In this document: in pieces, positions 11,061 through 21,995 of the stretch | How the letters are laid out: each line of letters opens with the position of its first letter | How positions within the stretch are numbered: position 1 is the stretch's first letter | NCBI GenBank assembly: GCA_028045305.1 | Contig: JAOFTV010000009.1 | Coordinates: 2,399 to 66,398 of the forward strand | Direction: 5' to 3' | From: Opitutales bacterium | GTDB taxonomy: Bacteria > Verrucomicrobiota > Verrucomicrobiia > Opitutales > Seribacteraceae | DNA length: 64,000 bases | Notes under the pieces: generated by a model | What the model saw: the letters and a program-made list of their open reading frames with translations, nothing else | Database searches by the model: none | What the model was told of the DNA's origin: nothing | Program-made: the position numbers and the translations under genes

Positions 11061-11570
11061 ATGGCTATTGCTTTGTACCCTGGCACTTTTGATCCTGTAA
11101 CTCATGGACACCTCGATGTACTTGCTCGTGCCTCCCGGTTGTTTGAAAAAGTGATTGTGGCGGTGGCCTCCGGGAATTCGGCCAAAAGAACCATGTTTTC
11201 TCCGGAAGAAAGAGTAAGGATGGTCGAAGAGAATTTGGAATCTTTCACCAATGTATCGGTTGAATTGTTTGACGGTTTATTGGTTGAACATGCCCGTGGG
11301 AATGGAGCGACCGTTCTGATCCGTGGATTACGGGTGGTTTCTGATTTTGAATATGAATTTCAAATGGCTCAGATGAATAGACACCTTGATTCCACATTGG
11401 AAACCATCTTTCTTATGCCCAGTCAAAAATATTTCTTTACCAGTTCTCAGCTGATCAAACAGGTTCACCAATATGGAGAACGAGAAACGGGGTTAGTCCC
11501 GGAAAATGTTAGGCTGGAATTGAAAAAAAGATCGGAACTGGAAAAGACTCAGTTGGAGGAAAAGCAGTGA
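11061..11570 (+). CDS. coaD: Phosphopantetheine adenylyltransferase
   Basis: YPGTFDPVTHGH and IRGLRVVSDFEYE. Confidence 0.97.
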   Translation: MAIALYPGTFDPVTHGHLDVLARASRLFEKVIVAVASGNSAKRTMFSPEERVRMVEENLESFTNVSVELFDGLLVEHARGNGATVLIRGLRVVSDFEYEFQMAQMNRHLDSTLETIFLMPSQKYFFTSSQLIKQVHQYGERETGLVPENVRLELKKRSELEKTQLEEKQ

Positions 11571-12901
11571 GCGACCGAAAGCGTTCTGTTTTCGGAATTG
11601 TATTCCTGACCATCTTTTTGGATATGGTCGGGTTTTCCATTATTTTTCCTCTTTTTCCGGCGATGTTGGATCATTACCTATTTTTGGAGAGAAGCATGGG
11701 TGGGGGAATGCTTTCAGGTTTTGTCATTTGGGTGAGTGGATTTGGGCATGATGTGCTCTTTAGTAATTCTCACTTTCGTTTGGAAACAGTTATTTTTGGG
11801 GGTATTTTGGGATCACTCTATGCGATACTCCAGTTTGTTTTTGCTCCCATTTGGGGCGGGTTGTCTGATCGATATGGGCGTAAACCCGTGCTCATGCTTA
11901 CCCTTGCGGGTACTGCTGTTGGCTATTTTTTATGGATCATGGCCGGGGATTTTTGGGTTCTTTTGCTTTCTCGCGTTGTAGGAGGCATGGCGGGCGGGAA
12001 TATTTCGGTAGCAACTGCATCTATTGCAGATGTGACTACCCGGGAAAAAAGATCCAAGGGTATGGCTTTTGTGGGAATTGCATTTGGGTTAGGATTTGTA
12101 CTGGGGCCTGCTCTTGGAGGCTTAGCTTCAGAATGGGACTGGTCTGGATCGGAATTAGTTTTCTTTGGGATGCACCCATTTTCTGCAGCGGCGACAATTA
12201 GTTTTGGACTGGCTATGCTCAATTTAATATGGCTAATCTGGGGTTTTTCAGAAACCCTGCCTGAGGAAAAAAGAAGCCGATCCAATTCTTGCCTTCCGGC
12301 GGTCTTTAATATGAGGAAGGTGACCAGTCCAGAAGCCCGCCGAACCTGCCTGACTTACCTGCTCTACATGGTATCATTCTCGGGTATGGAGTTTACCCTG
12401 ACTTTTCTTGCCGTTGAACGCTTTGCTTTTTCTCCCAAAGACTTGGGGGAAATGTTTTTATTGATTGGTGGGACGCTCATTTTGGTACAGGGCTTTATCG
12501 TTCGTCGATTTGTAAGCCGGATAGGAGAACGTAACATGGCACACTGCGGAATTTTCATTGGAGTATTTGCCTTTCTCATCATTGCTTATTCGAATGTTTA
12601 TTCATGGTTTTATCCCGGATTGTTTCTCATGTCTACGGGAGTGGCACTCATCAGTCCTACTTTAACCGCCTTGACTTCGTTGAGTTCATCCGAGTCCGAA
12701 CAAGGTGTAAACTTGGGGATATTTAGGTCCTGTGGATCGATCGCGAGGTCGATAGGTCCGCTGTCTGCTGGTTTAATTTACTTTGTCTATGGTTCATCTT
12801 TTGCCTACTTGATTGGAGCGATTTGGTTGATTTTTCCTGCAATTATTTTGTTTGGTGTTAAGCAAACCGCGGGGAGTAGGGGATTAACTTCTGCTCATTA
12901 G
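11567..12901 (+). CDS. MFS transporter (TetA/DHA1-like)
   Basis: About 12 hydrophobic segments; motif A GGLSDRYGRKP; motif C GFVLGPALGG. Confidence 0.9.
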   Translation: MSDRKRSVFGIVFLTIFLDMVGFSIIFPLFPAMLDHYLFLERSMGGGMLSGFVIWVSGFGHDVLFSNSHFRLETVIFGGILGSLYAILQFVFAPIWGGLSDRYGRKPVLMLTLAGTAVGYFLWIMAGDFWVLLLSRVVGGMAGGNISVATASIADVTTREKRSKGMAFVGIAFGLGFVLGPALGGLASEWDWSGSELVFFGMHPFSAAATISFGLAMLNLIWLIWGFSETLPEEKRSRSNSCLPAVFNMRKVTSPEARRTCLTYLLYMVSFSGMEFTLTFLAVERFAFSPKDLGEMFLLIGGTLILVQGFIVRRFVSRIGERNMAHCGIFIGVFAFLIIAYSNVYSWFYPGLFLMSTGVALISPTLTALTSLSSSESEQGVNLGIFRSCGSIARSIGPLSAGLIYFVYGSSFAYLIGAIWLIFPAIILFGVKQTAGSRGLTSAH

Positions 12902-12986
12902 GGTTCTTTTCACTCGCCAATTTTCGCATCTTTGCTTAATAATATTGGTTACGAACTTTTGAAACAGAACTTACTTACCAGCCTTA

Positions 12987-14867
12987 ATGAATACTGAAGT
13001 TATCGATCGCTTGGTCGACAAAGATCCATCCCTGGAATCCTCACGCCCCGTTTTAGAATCTATGATTCCCGGAACCTACTGTATACACCGCAGTTGGGGC
13101 TTCGGTTTGATTTCTGGTTTTGATGATGATCGTGGAATGATCCTAATTGATTTTGAGGATGACGAGCGCAGCAGCCATGCTATGGATCCAGTGTTTTGTT
13201 TAGACAAATTAGAACTGCTTCCTGAAACTCACATTCTTGCCCAGCATCGTAAAAATACTGAAGAAATTGAAAAATTGGCCAAGAAAGACTCTGCAGAATT
13301 GATCATCAAAATATTGGAGCAGGGAAATGACGGGTGTATGAATGCCCGTGATATCGAAAGAATTCTTGTCTACATGTTAGGTGCTGCAAAAGCTAAGCGC
13401 TGGTGGACTGCAACCAAGAAGGTTTTAGTCAAAGATCCACGCATTGCTGTTCCCAATAAAAAGAGTGAGCCCTATGTTTTGCGCGACGATCCAGTCAAGC
13501 CAGAGCAAGAAATTCTCCAGGACTTTTTCGAAGAGAAAAGATCATACTATAAAATTGTATTAGCCGAGAAACTGTATGATTTGGCGTCTGAAAAGGAGGA
13601 TTTACAAGCTGATCTCCCCCAGGTTTTAAGTGATTTAACCGTTGCCATTTTGGAAGCAAAGAACTTGAGCCAAGCCGATCGTTTGTATGGAATTTGGGTG
13701 CGTAATAACTTGGCCAGGGATGTTGAAGAAGATGTTGAAAAAATTGAACCTACCTCCGCTTCAATTCTTAAAGAATGCGAGGATGATCTGCCTGCTTTGG
13801 CAGACCTCATGCCCGCAAAGTTTCATGGTCGTTTTCTTGACCTGGTTGCCCGGACCTATCCAGATAATTGGAAAAAAATCGTCCTTAACTTGTTACAAAA
13901 TACTACGGTTAAATTTTCCGGTGAGTGTGCTCATTTTCTGATCGATCGTGAAGAGTCTAAATTATTGGTCTCGACCTTGAACAAGTGGTTGGATGAACAA
14001 AGTTTGAAAGCTCCGGTTTTGTTGTGGATGCTCAAATTTCGTAATCTTTCCAAATTTCAGGATTTGCTTGGGGAGATGATTAATCCACGTTTATTGACTG
14101 CGGTGTTCTCTGCGATTGATTACGAATCTTTGAAGAATGCGACCAGTCGCAGAATCCCACTTGGAGAAGTTCTTTCTGATGATCGTCAGTTATTGTCCGA
14201 TATTTTGGATAAAGGCACTGAAGAAAATGCAAAAGATCTTGCACAGGCTTTGATGCTTAATCCTGGATTTGAGGATTTAACCAAGAGATCATTGCTTGCC
14301 CGGTTCATTAAGAAATTCTCAAGCATCCAATCTCTCTTGGATGGGGAAAGCAGTTCGAGTAGTTCAGCAAGTTCTCCTGTCGAAGACACCCTTATTGTTT
14401 CCAAGGAAAGTTATGATCGCAAGCTTGCTGACCTAGATGTTTTGACCAAAGAAAAAATCCCCGAAAATTCATTGGCTATTGAAACTGCCAGGGAGCATGG
14501 CGATTTGAAGGAAAATGCAGAGTACCACATGGCAAAGGACGATCAGAAAGTTCTTTTAGCTAGGCAAGCAGAACTGCAGGGCGATTTGATGCGGGCAAAA
14601 TCTACCGATTTTGAAGATGCTCCGATCGATTCAATTGGAATTGGTTCTGTGGTCGAACTTAAAGACCTTGGATCCGGAGAAAAAATTAAGTATACAATAC
14701 TTGGTGCCTGGGATAGTGATCCCGAAAATAACATTCTTTCTTACCTCACTCCCCTTGGGCAAAGTATTCTTGGCAAGAAAGTCGCAGATGAAGTGCAAAT
14801 TGATGTGGAAGGTAACGATCAGTCTCTCGTCGTTGAGTCAGTTAGTCGCTGGGTTGATCTAAAATAA
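12987..14867 (+). CDS. greA: Transcription elongation factor GreA with a ~470-aa N-terminal extension
   Basis: C-terminal AREHGDLKENAEYH and ILSYLTPLGQSILG motifs. Confidence 0.88.
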   Translation: MNTEVIDRLVDKDPSLESSRPVLESMIPGTYCIHRSWGFGLISGFDDDRGMILIDFEDDERSSHAMDPVFCLDKLELLPETHILAQHRKNTEEIEKLAKKDSAELIIKILEQGNDGCMNARDIERILVYMLGAAKAKRWWTATKKVLVKDPRIAVPNKKSEPYVLRDDPVKPEQEILQDFFEEKRSYYKIVLAEKLYDLASEKEDLQADLPQVLSDLTVAILEAKNLSQADRLYGIWVRNNLARDVEEDVEKIEPTSASILKECEDDLPALADLMPAKFHGRFLDLVARTYPDNWKKIVLNLLQNTTVKFSGECAHFLIDREESKLLVSTLNKWLDEQSLKAPVLLWMLKFRNLSKFQDLLGEMINPRLLTAVFSAIDYESLKNATSRRIPLGEVLSDDRQLLSDILDKGTEENAKDLAQALMLNPGFEDLTKRSLLARFIKKFSSIQSLLDGESSSSSSASSPVEDTLIVSKESYDRKLADLDVLTKEKIPENSLAIETAREHGDLKENAEYHMAKDDQKVLLARQAELQGDLMRAKSTDFEDAPIDSIGIGSVVELKDLGSGEKIKYTILGAWDSDPENNILSYLTPLGQSILGKKVADEVQIDVEGNDQSLVVESVSRWVDLK

Positions 14868-14970
14868 ACTAAATTTTCTTTGTTCCGTAATTAGAGGGTT
14901 TATTTGCCACTCATTATAATTTAATTATTTCTTCTCGCAGACTTCCTCAGTTGCGGGTTTTGGTTTTCCG

Positions 14971-14999
14971 TTGCAGGTATGCCCGGAGAAATCTAAAAC
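14971..14999 (+). promoter_or_regulatory. Putative sigma70-type promoter for the ArsR-methyltransferase gene
   Basis: TTGCAG-17 bp-TAAAAC ending 10 bp before the ATG at 15009. Confidence 0.35.
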
Positions 15000-15008
15000 C
15001 TCACTCGA

Positions 15009-15935
15009 ATGAAGATAACTGAGGTATTACAAGTTCTTTCCGACCCCACACGGTTGCGTATGCTTCGTCTGTTGATGCAGGAAGAATTATCGGTTGCGGA
15101 ATTACAGGAGATCCTTGAGATGGGACAATCCCGAATATCTTCCCATCTCGGTCTGCTAAGACGAAATGATTTGGTTATCGACCGTAAAGATGGAAAGCGT
15201 ACTTACTACACCTTGGACATTGATCCTTCAACTAAGTATGAATTTCTCCGCCTTGCCTTATCTGAGGAATCAGACGAGGCATTCTGGGAGAGTGATCAAT
15301 CCGCCCTTGCTCGAATTATCGATCGCCGAAGGCGAGAGTCCGAACGTTATTTTGACGAGGTTGCAGAGCGCTTGGGAAAAAATTATGTTCCCGGCAGAAC
15401 TTGGGAGGCAATCGGACATTTTCTCTTTCGGTTGGTTCCATCTATCACAATTGTAGACTTGGGGGCAGGGGAGGGAATGATTTCTCAACTTTTGGCAGAC
15501 CGGGGCAAAAAGGTAATTTGTGTGGATAGTTCTAAAAGTATGGTTCGTTTAGGCACGGATTTAGCCAAAAGAAAAGGACTTTCCAATTTGGAATACAAGC
15601 TGGGTGACTTGGAAAAAGTGCCATTGCCTGCAAAAAGCGTGGACCTTGCTTTGATGAGTCAATCCTTACACCATGCCCAAAGGCCGGAAGTCGCTTTGTT
15701 AGAGGCTTTTCGAGTTCTTAAACCTGGTGGGCAGGTAATTGTAATCGATCTAAAAAAGCATAAGTTTGAAAAAGCCCGTGAATTGTATGGCGATCACTGG
15801 CTTGGCTTTGGGCAGAACGAGCTATACCGAATGATGGATGAGGCTGGATTTCGCGGTACTAAAGTGGAAGTGGTGGCCAAAGAAAAGAAGAAGCCTTTTT
15901 TTGAAACCCTTCTTGCAACTGCAGAAAGGGCCTAG
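15009..15935 (+). CDS. ArsR-family HTH fused to a class I SAM-binding domain (SahR-like regulator)
   Basis: N-terminal LSDPTRLRML...QSRISSHL; C-terminal VDLGAGEG, SLHH and RVLKPGG. Confidence 0.88.
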   Translation: MKITEVLQVLSDPTRLRMLRLLMQEELSVAELQEILEMGQSRISSHLGLLRRNDLVIDRKDGKRTYYTLDIDPSTKYEFLRLALSEESDEAFWESDQSALARIIDRRRRESERYFDEVAERLGKNYVPGRTWEAIGHFLFRLVPSITIVDLGAGEGMISQLLADRGKKVICVDSSKSMVRLGTDLAKRKGLSNLEYKLGDLEKVPLPAKSVDLALMSQSLHHAQRPEVALLEAFRVLKPGGQVIVIDLKKHKFEKARELYGDHWLGFGQNELYRMMDEAGFRGTKVEVVAKEKKKPFFETLLATAERA

Positions 15936-15960
15936 GATAGAGTATTTATGCTAATTGCTT

Positions 15961-18267
15961 CTACTTCTTAGCCGTTAAAGCGTCTAAAGCCTCTCTTACT
16001 TTTTGGGATTCATACTTCGGTTGTTCACAGGTATAATCTCGGCATAGAAAAAAGGTAGGAGTCTTTGAATCAGAAAAGGCAGAAAGGTAAGGTCCTATCT
16101 GTAAAATCTTTGAGTCCTCCGAGGGATTGGGTAAATGGATCAAAGTTTTGAAAGGTAGAAAACGCCGGCTTGTTTCCCTGAGAAATTCCTGAGTTTTTTT
16201 GTCCTCAAAATCTCCGGAAATAACAATTTCATAAGGTGGGTGGAGGACAAAGGCGAGAGCATGTAAAAAATTCTCTGCTCCAGAGGGATTGGAATGAAGG
16301 AATCCGGAAAATGCAGAAAACGAACGGTTTACACATTTGCGATACGATTCATCCCCCGTAATTTTCCATAACCTGCAAAGGTTCATTGCCATGATTGAAT
16401 TTCCAGAGGGTATCGCACCGTCGTAGATCTCCTTGGGTCTGGTTAGTAATTTCTCCCCATCCTTGGCGGTTAGGAAAAACCCACCGATAGCAGGATCCTC
16501 GAATAGATTGCTGGCGAGATCAATCAGTTGTTTGGCATGGCCCAAGTATTCGGGATTACAGGTTGCCTCGTATAGATCAATTAATCCTTGAGCAAAAAAT
16601 GCATAGTCCTCTAGATGTGCAGGCAGCCCGGCTTTACCAAGTCGCCAGCGCTTGAGCAACCTTCCATTTGTTTGTCGAAGTTCGGAAAGACAGAAATCAG
16701 CCGCTTCTTTAGCACGGTCAACATAAGTTTTGATGCCTAATGCCATGCCAGCGCGGGCAAAGGCGGAGATCATTAGCCCATTCCAATCCGTTAACACTTT
16801 GTCATCAAGTTGCGGATGAACCCTGTTTTCCCGAGTATCGAAGAGTTTCTTTCGTAAGCCCTCCAATTTCTTTTGAAATTCTTTTGGGTCTTTATTGTGG
16901 GACTGGGCATACTCGGTTATGGATTGCCTGAGATGAGGAATATTTTTTCCGGTTCGGGTGTGAGTTGCTTCATCCAAATAATTCCCCGATTGTTCGCATC
17001 CAAATACCTCGATAAAAGTCTGTCCATCCTCATTTCCTAATACGGAAATCAATTCATCCTCCGTCCAAAGATAGAATTTTCCCTCCTCTCCCTCACTGTC
17101 TGCATCTTCCGCAGAATAAAAACCACCCTGTGGGGAGGAGAGTTCACGTGCGACATAGTCCAATGTATTTTCGCAACCCTCTCTCATGAGCGAATCTTCG
17201 GTGATTTGATAATTTTCCAAGCAGGCTATCGCAAAGAGTGCCTGATCGTAGAGCATTTTTTCAAAGTGCGGGACCAACCATTCACGATCGGTTGAATAAC
17301 GGTGTATGCCCCATCCAATTTGATCATAGGTTCCGCTCAGGCGAATCTGACGAAGGGTATGGCTGGCCATATCGAGTGCCTTTTGCTCACCGGTTCTTTG
17401 AAAGTAGCGCAAAAGGAAGGAGAGAGCATGGGGAGTGGGGAACTTGGGTTGCTGACCGAAGCCTCCATGGATCGGATCATAGGCTTGGGATAGGGCATCA
17501 AAGCATCGGTCGAGATGACTGGCATTGAGGTCACCACCAACCTGGCTTAATTGCGCATTGGTTAAATTTTGAACAATTGTTTGTCCGACTTCTTCGACCT
17601 TTTCACGCTCTTCTTTCCAGACCTTCGAGAAGTGTGGAATTATATCGAGCATGGAGGATTTTGGGAAATAAGTACCTGCGAAAAAAGGAACTTTTTGCGG
17701 CGACATAATTACTGTCATTGGCCAGCCTCCACGACCTGTCATCATTTGAGTGACGGACATATAAACATTATCAAGATCGGGTCTTTCCTCCCGGTCAACT
17801 TTGATACAGACATAATTTTCATTGAGCAGGCGGGCGACCTCTTCGTCTTCAAACGATTCCCTTTCCATAACATGGCACCAATGACAGGTGGTGTATCCAA
17901 TCGAGAGAAAAATAGGTTTGTCCTCGGAAAGAGCGAGGTCGATGGCCTCATTCCCCCACGCTCTCCAATCGATGGGGTTTCGGGCATGCTGAAGTAAGTA
18001 GGGACTGCTCTCAAAAATTAAGCGGTTGTATTCAATTCCTCCGTCTGCAGGAAGTTTGGCAATTTCTTCAGAAGTGGGAAGTTCGTGCCTCATTAATGAA
18101 GTTGCATGCTTTTTTTCTAGAACCGAATTTTCAAGACTCCACTTAGTATCACTTGAAGAATTTCTTTCCGAGCAAGAGTTGAGCAGGAGTGAACATACCA
18201 AAGTCCACCAGTAGAGATAACTAAATGTGGTGCGAGAAATTCCGAACAAACAAACGGGCTCAGGCAA
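15961..18267 (-). CDS. YyaL/SPATA20-family thioredoxin-domain protein (DUF255 plus (alpha/alpha)6 barrel), possible lipoprotein
   Basis: [40 protein letters not shown] and [11 protein letters not shown]; N-terminal hydrophobic stretch ending in LLNSC. Confidence 0.92.
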   Translation of the reverse strand: MPEPVCLFGISRTTFSYLYWWTLVCSLLLNSCSERNSSSDTKWSLENSVLEKKHATSLMRHELPTSEEIAKLPADGGIEYNRLIFESSPYLLQHARNPIDWRAWGNEAIDLALSEDKPIFLSIGYTTCHWCHVMERESFEDEEVARLLNENYVCIKVDREERPDLDNVYMSVTQMMTGRGGWPMTVIMSPQKVPFFAGTYFPKSSMLDIIPHFSKVWKEEREKVEEVGQTIVQNLTNAQLSQVGGDLNASHLDRCFDALSQAYDPIHGGFGQQPKFPTPHALSFLLRYFQRTGEQKALDMASHTLRQIRLSGTYDQIGWGIHRYSTDREWLVPHFEKMLYDQALFAIACLENYQITEDSLMREGCENTLDYVARELSSPQGGFYSAEDADSEGEEGKFYLWTEDELISVLGNEDGQTFIEVFGCEQSGNYLDEATHTRTGKNIPHLRQSITEYAQSHNKDPKEFQKKLEGLRKKLFDTRENRVHPQLDDKVLTDWNGLMISAFARAGMALGIKTYVDRAKEAADFCLSELRQTNGRLLKRWRLGKAGLPAHLEDYAFFAQGLIDLYEATCNPEYLGHAKQLIDLASNLFEDPAIGGFFLTAKDGEKLLTRPKEIYDGAIPSGNSIMAMNLCRLWKITGDESYRKCVNRSFSAFSGFLHSNPSGAENFLHALAFVLHPPYEIVISGDFEDKKTQEFLRETSRRFLPFKTLIHLPNPSEDSKILQIGPYLSAFSDSKTPTFFLCRDYTCEQPKYESQKVREALDALTAKK

Positions 18268-19201
18268 TGGATATAAGTTGATTCAAAGAAGCCACCCGGT
18301 CTTCAATCTCAGATTTCCCCGCAGATTCCAAACGGTCGCACCCAAAGGCTTCAACGGTGAGGCTCGCTGTACAGGTTGCATAAAGCATGGCTTCTTTGAT
18401 CGCAGAGAAATCGTAACGGTTTCGAGAAGCTAACCGTCCAATCAGGGCACCAGCAAAAGAATCTCCCGCACCTGTTGGGTCATGCAATTGAGTGACTGGG
18501 TAAGCGGGTAGGGCAAATATACCATTTTCATGAAAAAGAATAGCCCCGTGCTCTCCTTTTTTAATGATCACACTTTCTGGACCCATTTGACGAAGTTTTT
18601 CCCCAGCAAGAATAATATTTGATTCACCGGTTAATTCTTCCGCTTCCGAATCATTGATCACGAAAAGACTGACTTTTTTGATTAAGGAAAGAAGGGATTC
18701 ACGCTCCGTCTCGATCCACAGGTCAATGGTGTCCGCAAGCACGAAAGGATTTTCGGACAATTGATCCAGTACATGCATTTGTAAGGCGGGATGGATATTT
18801 CCAAGAAGTACAAACGAGGAATCTTTGTAGGAATCCGGAAGGTCGGGACGGAAATTTTCAAACACATTCAAACGAATGTCCAGAGTGTCACGACGATTGA
18901 AATTTTCGTGGTATTTTCCTTTCCAAAAAAAGGTGGGTCCAGAATCATCTTTTTTAACACCTTCTAGATCAATCCCTCTTGCCCGTAGGCGGTCGAGGTC
19001 CGATTCTCCAAAATCATTTCCCACAACACCAACCATCCGTACTTTTGTGTAGTAACTCGCGGCAAATGAACAATAGGATGCTGCGCCTCCCAGTATTCTC
19101 TCCTGTTCGGCTTGGGGAGTAATAACGTTGTCAAAAGCCACCGAGCCTACCACCAATAATGGAGAAGATTCAGGTGAATCGGATGCAATAATATCAGACA
19201 T
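18260..19201 (-). CDS. PfkB-family carbohydrate/nucleoside kinase
   Basis: [14 protein letters not shown] and [11 protein letters not shown]. Confidence 0.92.
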   Translation of the reverse strand: MSDIIASDSPESSPLLVVGSVAFDNVITPQAEQERILGGAASYCSFAASYYTKVRMVGVVGNDFGESDLDRLRARGIDLEGVKKDDSGPTFFWKGKYHENFNRRDTLDIRLNVFENFRPDLPDSYKDSSFVLLGNIHPALQMHVLDQLSENPFVLADTIDLWIETERESLLSLIKKVSLFVINDSEAEELTGESNIILAGEKLRQMGPESVIIKKGEHGAILFHENGIFALPAYPVTQLHDPTGAGDSFAGALIGRLASRNRYDFSAIKEAMLYATCTASLTVEAFGCDRLESAGKSEIEDRVASLNQLISIA

Positions 19202-19264
19202 AAGTGTAGAAGCTAAAAATTTCGGGCAGTCTAGGCAAGGTTCAAGGCCGAAAATAAAAGGAAT

Positions 19265-19669
19265 TCACGAGGGCATTTTTACTTCGATAATCGGAAAACT
19301 ACTCGCCAATACCACTTGTCCATCAATTTCAATAAGGATGGAAAAGTTTCCGGGGGCATCAAACTTCAAGCGATGGATGTCATTGATTAAATTTATCCGA
19401 TGCTGAGGACCTGGTGATTCAAATTCCCGATCGATAATTGTGCGGGGTTCTTCCTCCGCCATGGGTAAGCCAATTGTCATCTTTAACTTATGTTTACCTG
19501 TGGTCAGGTCAGAAAAGGAAAGAAACCAGACCATTCGCGGATGAACCACGGGAAATTCCTTTGCTCGTAGACTGGAGAAAATTCCCAGCAGGGTATGCTT
19601 ACCAGTTGCTGGATCGACATAAACACTGTCGCAGGTTATCCAAGCAAGGACTTGTGGTTTAGTGGACAT
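19265..19669 (-). CDS. Hypothetical small beta-rich protein (DUF6941-like)
   Basis: LAWITCDSVYVDPATGKHTLLGIF...FDAPGNFSI pattern; ATG at 19669 follows the prlC stop. Confidence 0.65.
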   Translation of the reverse strand: MSTKPQVLAWITCDSVYVDPATGKHTLLGIFSSLRAKEFPVVHPRMVWFLSFSDLTTGKHKLKMTIGLPMAEEEPRTIIDREFESPGPQHRINLINDIHRLKFDAPGNFSILIEIDGQVVLASSFPIIEVKMPS

Positions 19670-19680
19670 CAGAACGGTAA

Positions 19681-21798
19681 TTATTGGTTGGGCGGACATA
19701 GGCCACTGCGCTTGAGCAGGGCACTAGATTCGGGTGGACGCCCCATGAATTCGTTAAACAATTCTTCCGGAGGTCGAGAATTTCCCTGGCTGAGAATAGA
19801 TTTTCTAAAGGACCTACCAGTTGAGGGGTTCATTACTCCTTCTTTTTGAAACCTGGTAAAGGCATCCGCGTCCAAGACCTCTGCCCATTTATATGAGTAA
19901 TAAGCGGAGGCATATCCCATTGGGCTACCAAATAAATGGCTGAATCGAAGAGCAATGGTGCGGGGTTGTGTCTTTCGTTTGGGTAAATAATCACGAAGAA
20001 TTTCCTGGAGCGTACTTTCCATGTCTTGGGGGAGGTTTTGTGCAAGTGTACGATGCATGACCAAATCGAGTTTGGAAAATGCAAGCTGCCTCATCATCGC
20101 ATTTCCAGCCATGAAGTTTTTGGCCTTAATCATTTTGGTAAACAATTCTTCCGGGATCGGATCGTTGTTTTCGTGGTGTCTGGCAAAGAGGTCCAGGCTT
20201 TCTTTTTCCCAGCACCAATTTTCCATAATTTGAGAGGGTAGTTCCACAAAATCCCACGGAACATTTACCCCATTTAGGCTACGATGTGGAATTTCTCCAC
20301 AAAGGTGGTGCAAAAGATGCCCAAATTCATGAAAAATGGTCTCGACCTCGTAATGGGTGAGCAGGGCTGGTTTTCCAGAAGTTGGAGCAGTCAGGTTCCC
20401 GCAAATTAATCCAAGGTGAGGGGAGAGTTTGCCGGTACTCAATGGTTCTCCTGTTTTTAGGTAGTTCATCCAAGCACCCGCCCGCTTGCTAGAACGAGGG
20501 TGCCAATCGGCGTAAAAAGAACCAAGCAGTTGCCCGTTTTCCGAATCAAATAAATCATAAAACCTCACTTCCGGGTGCCAAACTTCGACTGCTTGATTGT
20601 TCTGTTCACCATTGGCATGGACTGTTCCGTCGAAGAGTGTGGACCTTTCCACAATTTTCAGACCGAAGACTTGTGTGACCAGCTCAAACATTCCTTGCAG
20701 TACCGAATGAATGGGGAAGTAGGGACGCAGATCTTCCTCGTCGAAATCATAGCGCTCGTTCTTAAGCTTTTCAGACCAATATCCAACCTCCCAGGGTTGT
20801 AAAAGGGCTATTTTTTTCCCGGTTTTTTCCGCTTTGAAGGATTCAAGTTCATGGTTTTCCTGATCGAAAAAGGGAGCGGTTTGGTCACGCAACTCGGATA
20901 TGAACGCATCTGCCCGATGCCCGCTTTTGGCCATGCGTCGAGAAAGAGCGACTTCGGAAAAATCGGCTTTCCCTAATACTTCCGCCTTTTCTTGTCGGAG
21001 TTGTAAAATGGTGGCGATTAAAGATTGGTTGTCATAAGGTGCTTCCGACCCAAGAGCATCACTTGCTGTCCAAACTTCTTTTCTCAATTCGTCATCGTCC
21101 AAATATTGCAGTACAGGAACCAGGGAAGGGGCGTGCAGGGTAAAGACCCAAGCATTTTTGCCCTCTTCTTCTCCCAGTTTTTCAAGAGCCGTTGCCCGTG
21201 CTGCATCCTGGGCACTTTTAGGTAAACCGCTCAATCTATCCTCATCTTTAACGACTAATTTCCATGAATTTGTCGCATCGAGCACCCGTTCGGAGAATTG
21301 CTGGGTGACCTGGGCAAGCTCAGTGGATATTTTTTCGAGCCTGTCTCTTTTTTCCGTGGGTAAATCAGCACCGGATTCCCGGAAATCGGCTATCGTTTCT
21401 TCCATCAATCTTTGATCGATCGGAGAAAGGTTCTGGGCTTCAAGTTTTTCTGAAAAAGAACGAATGACCTGCCAAAGTTTTTCATCCAAGGAAATTTTTG
21501 CCCCAAATGCGGAAACTATGGGGAGCATCTCGTTGTGAGCGGTTCGCAATTCTGAAGAATTACACACTGAGTCAAGATGACTTACGAGCCCCCATGAATG
21601 ATCGAGGTAAACAGTCGCCTGCTCCAGGGCTTTTACTGAGTTTTCAAAAGTAGAATCCGCAGTGCTTAAATTACGAATGGTTTGCAGGCGTTCCTCGGAC
21701 CTTTCCAAAGCAATAGATATTTCTGATTTAATAAGATCAGGGAAAAGTTGGGACCAGGCAGGTAGGTCGACGAGATTAAGAAATGGATTTTCTGGCAT
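19681..21798 (-). CDS. prlC: Oligopeptidase A (M3 metallopeptidase)
   Basis: FHEFGHLLH (HExxH), WDFVELPSQIMENW, YYSYKWAEVL and KRAGAWM. Confidence 0.93.
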   Translation of the reverse strand: MPENPFLNLVDLPAWSQLFPDLIKSEISIALERSEERLQTIRNLSTADSTFENSVKALEQATVYLDHSWGLVSHLDSVCNSSELRTAHNEMLPIVSAFGAKISLDEKLWQVIRSFSEKLEAQNLSPIDQRLMEETIADFRESGADLPTEKRDRLEKISTELAQVTQQFSERVLDATNSWKLVVKDEDRLSGLPKSAQDAARATALEKLGEEEGKNAWVFTLHAPSLVPVLQYLDDDELRKEVWTASDALGSEAPYDNQSLIATILQLRQEKAEVLGKADFSEVALSRRMAKSGHRADAFISELRDQTAPFFDQENHELESFKAEKTGKKIALLQPWEVGYWSEKLKNERYDFDEEDLRPYFPIHSVLQGMFELVTQVFGLKIVERSTLFDGTVHANGEQNNQAVEVWHPEVRFYDLFDSENGQLLGSFYADWHPRSSKRAGAWMNYLKTGEPLSTGKLSPHLGLICGNLTAPTSGKPALLTHYEVETIFHEFGHLLHHLCGEIPHRSLNGVNVPWDFVELPSQIMENWCWEKESLDLFARHHENNDPIPEELFTKMIKAKNFMAGNAMMRQLAFSKLDLVMHRTLAQNLPQDMESTLQEILRDYLPKRKTQPRTIALRFSHLFGSPMGYASAYYSYKWAEVLDADAFTRFQKEGVMNPSTGRSFRKSILSQGNSRPPEELFNEFMGRPPESSALLKRSGLCPPNQ

Positions 21799-21995
21799 GT
21801 TTCTAAAAATTATTAGGACATTCAATAACTAAGGAAGCCCCCAAACATGGCAATCCAAAGAGCTTGGGATAAAGTCTGGTGAAATCCGAAAGGGGGAAGT
21901 GGCTGCTTGTTTATCGAACGATCGGACTTGCTTGATTCCTAAAAAAATCCATTTTAAGGAGAAATTAAATCTCCTTTGTATTTCTTTAAAAATTT

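Noticed and set aside
21850-21930. GGGA...CTGGTGAAATCCGAAAGGGGGAAG, resembling pieces of cobalamin or FMN riboswitches
   Set aside because: The remaining conserved elements (B12 box, FMN stems) are absent, and the flanking genes are not typical targets
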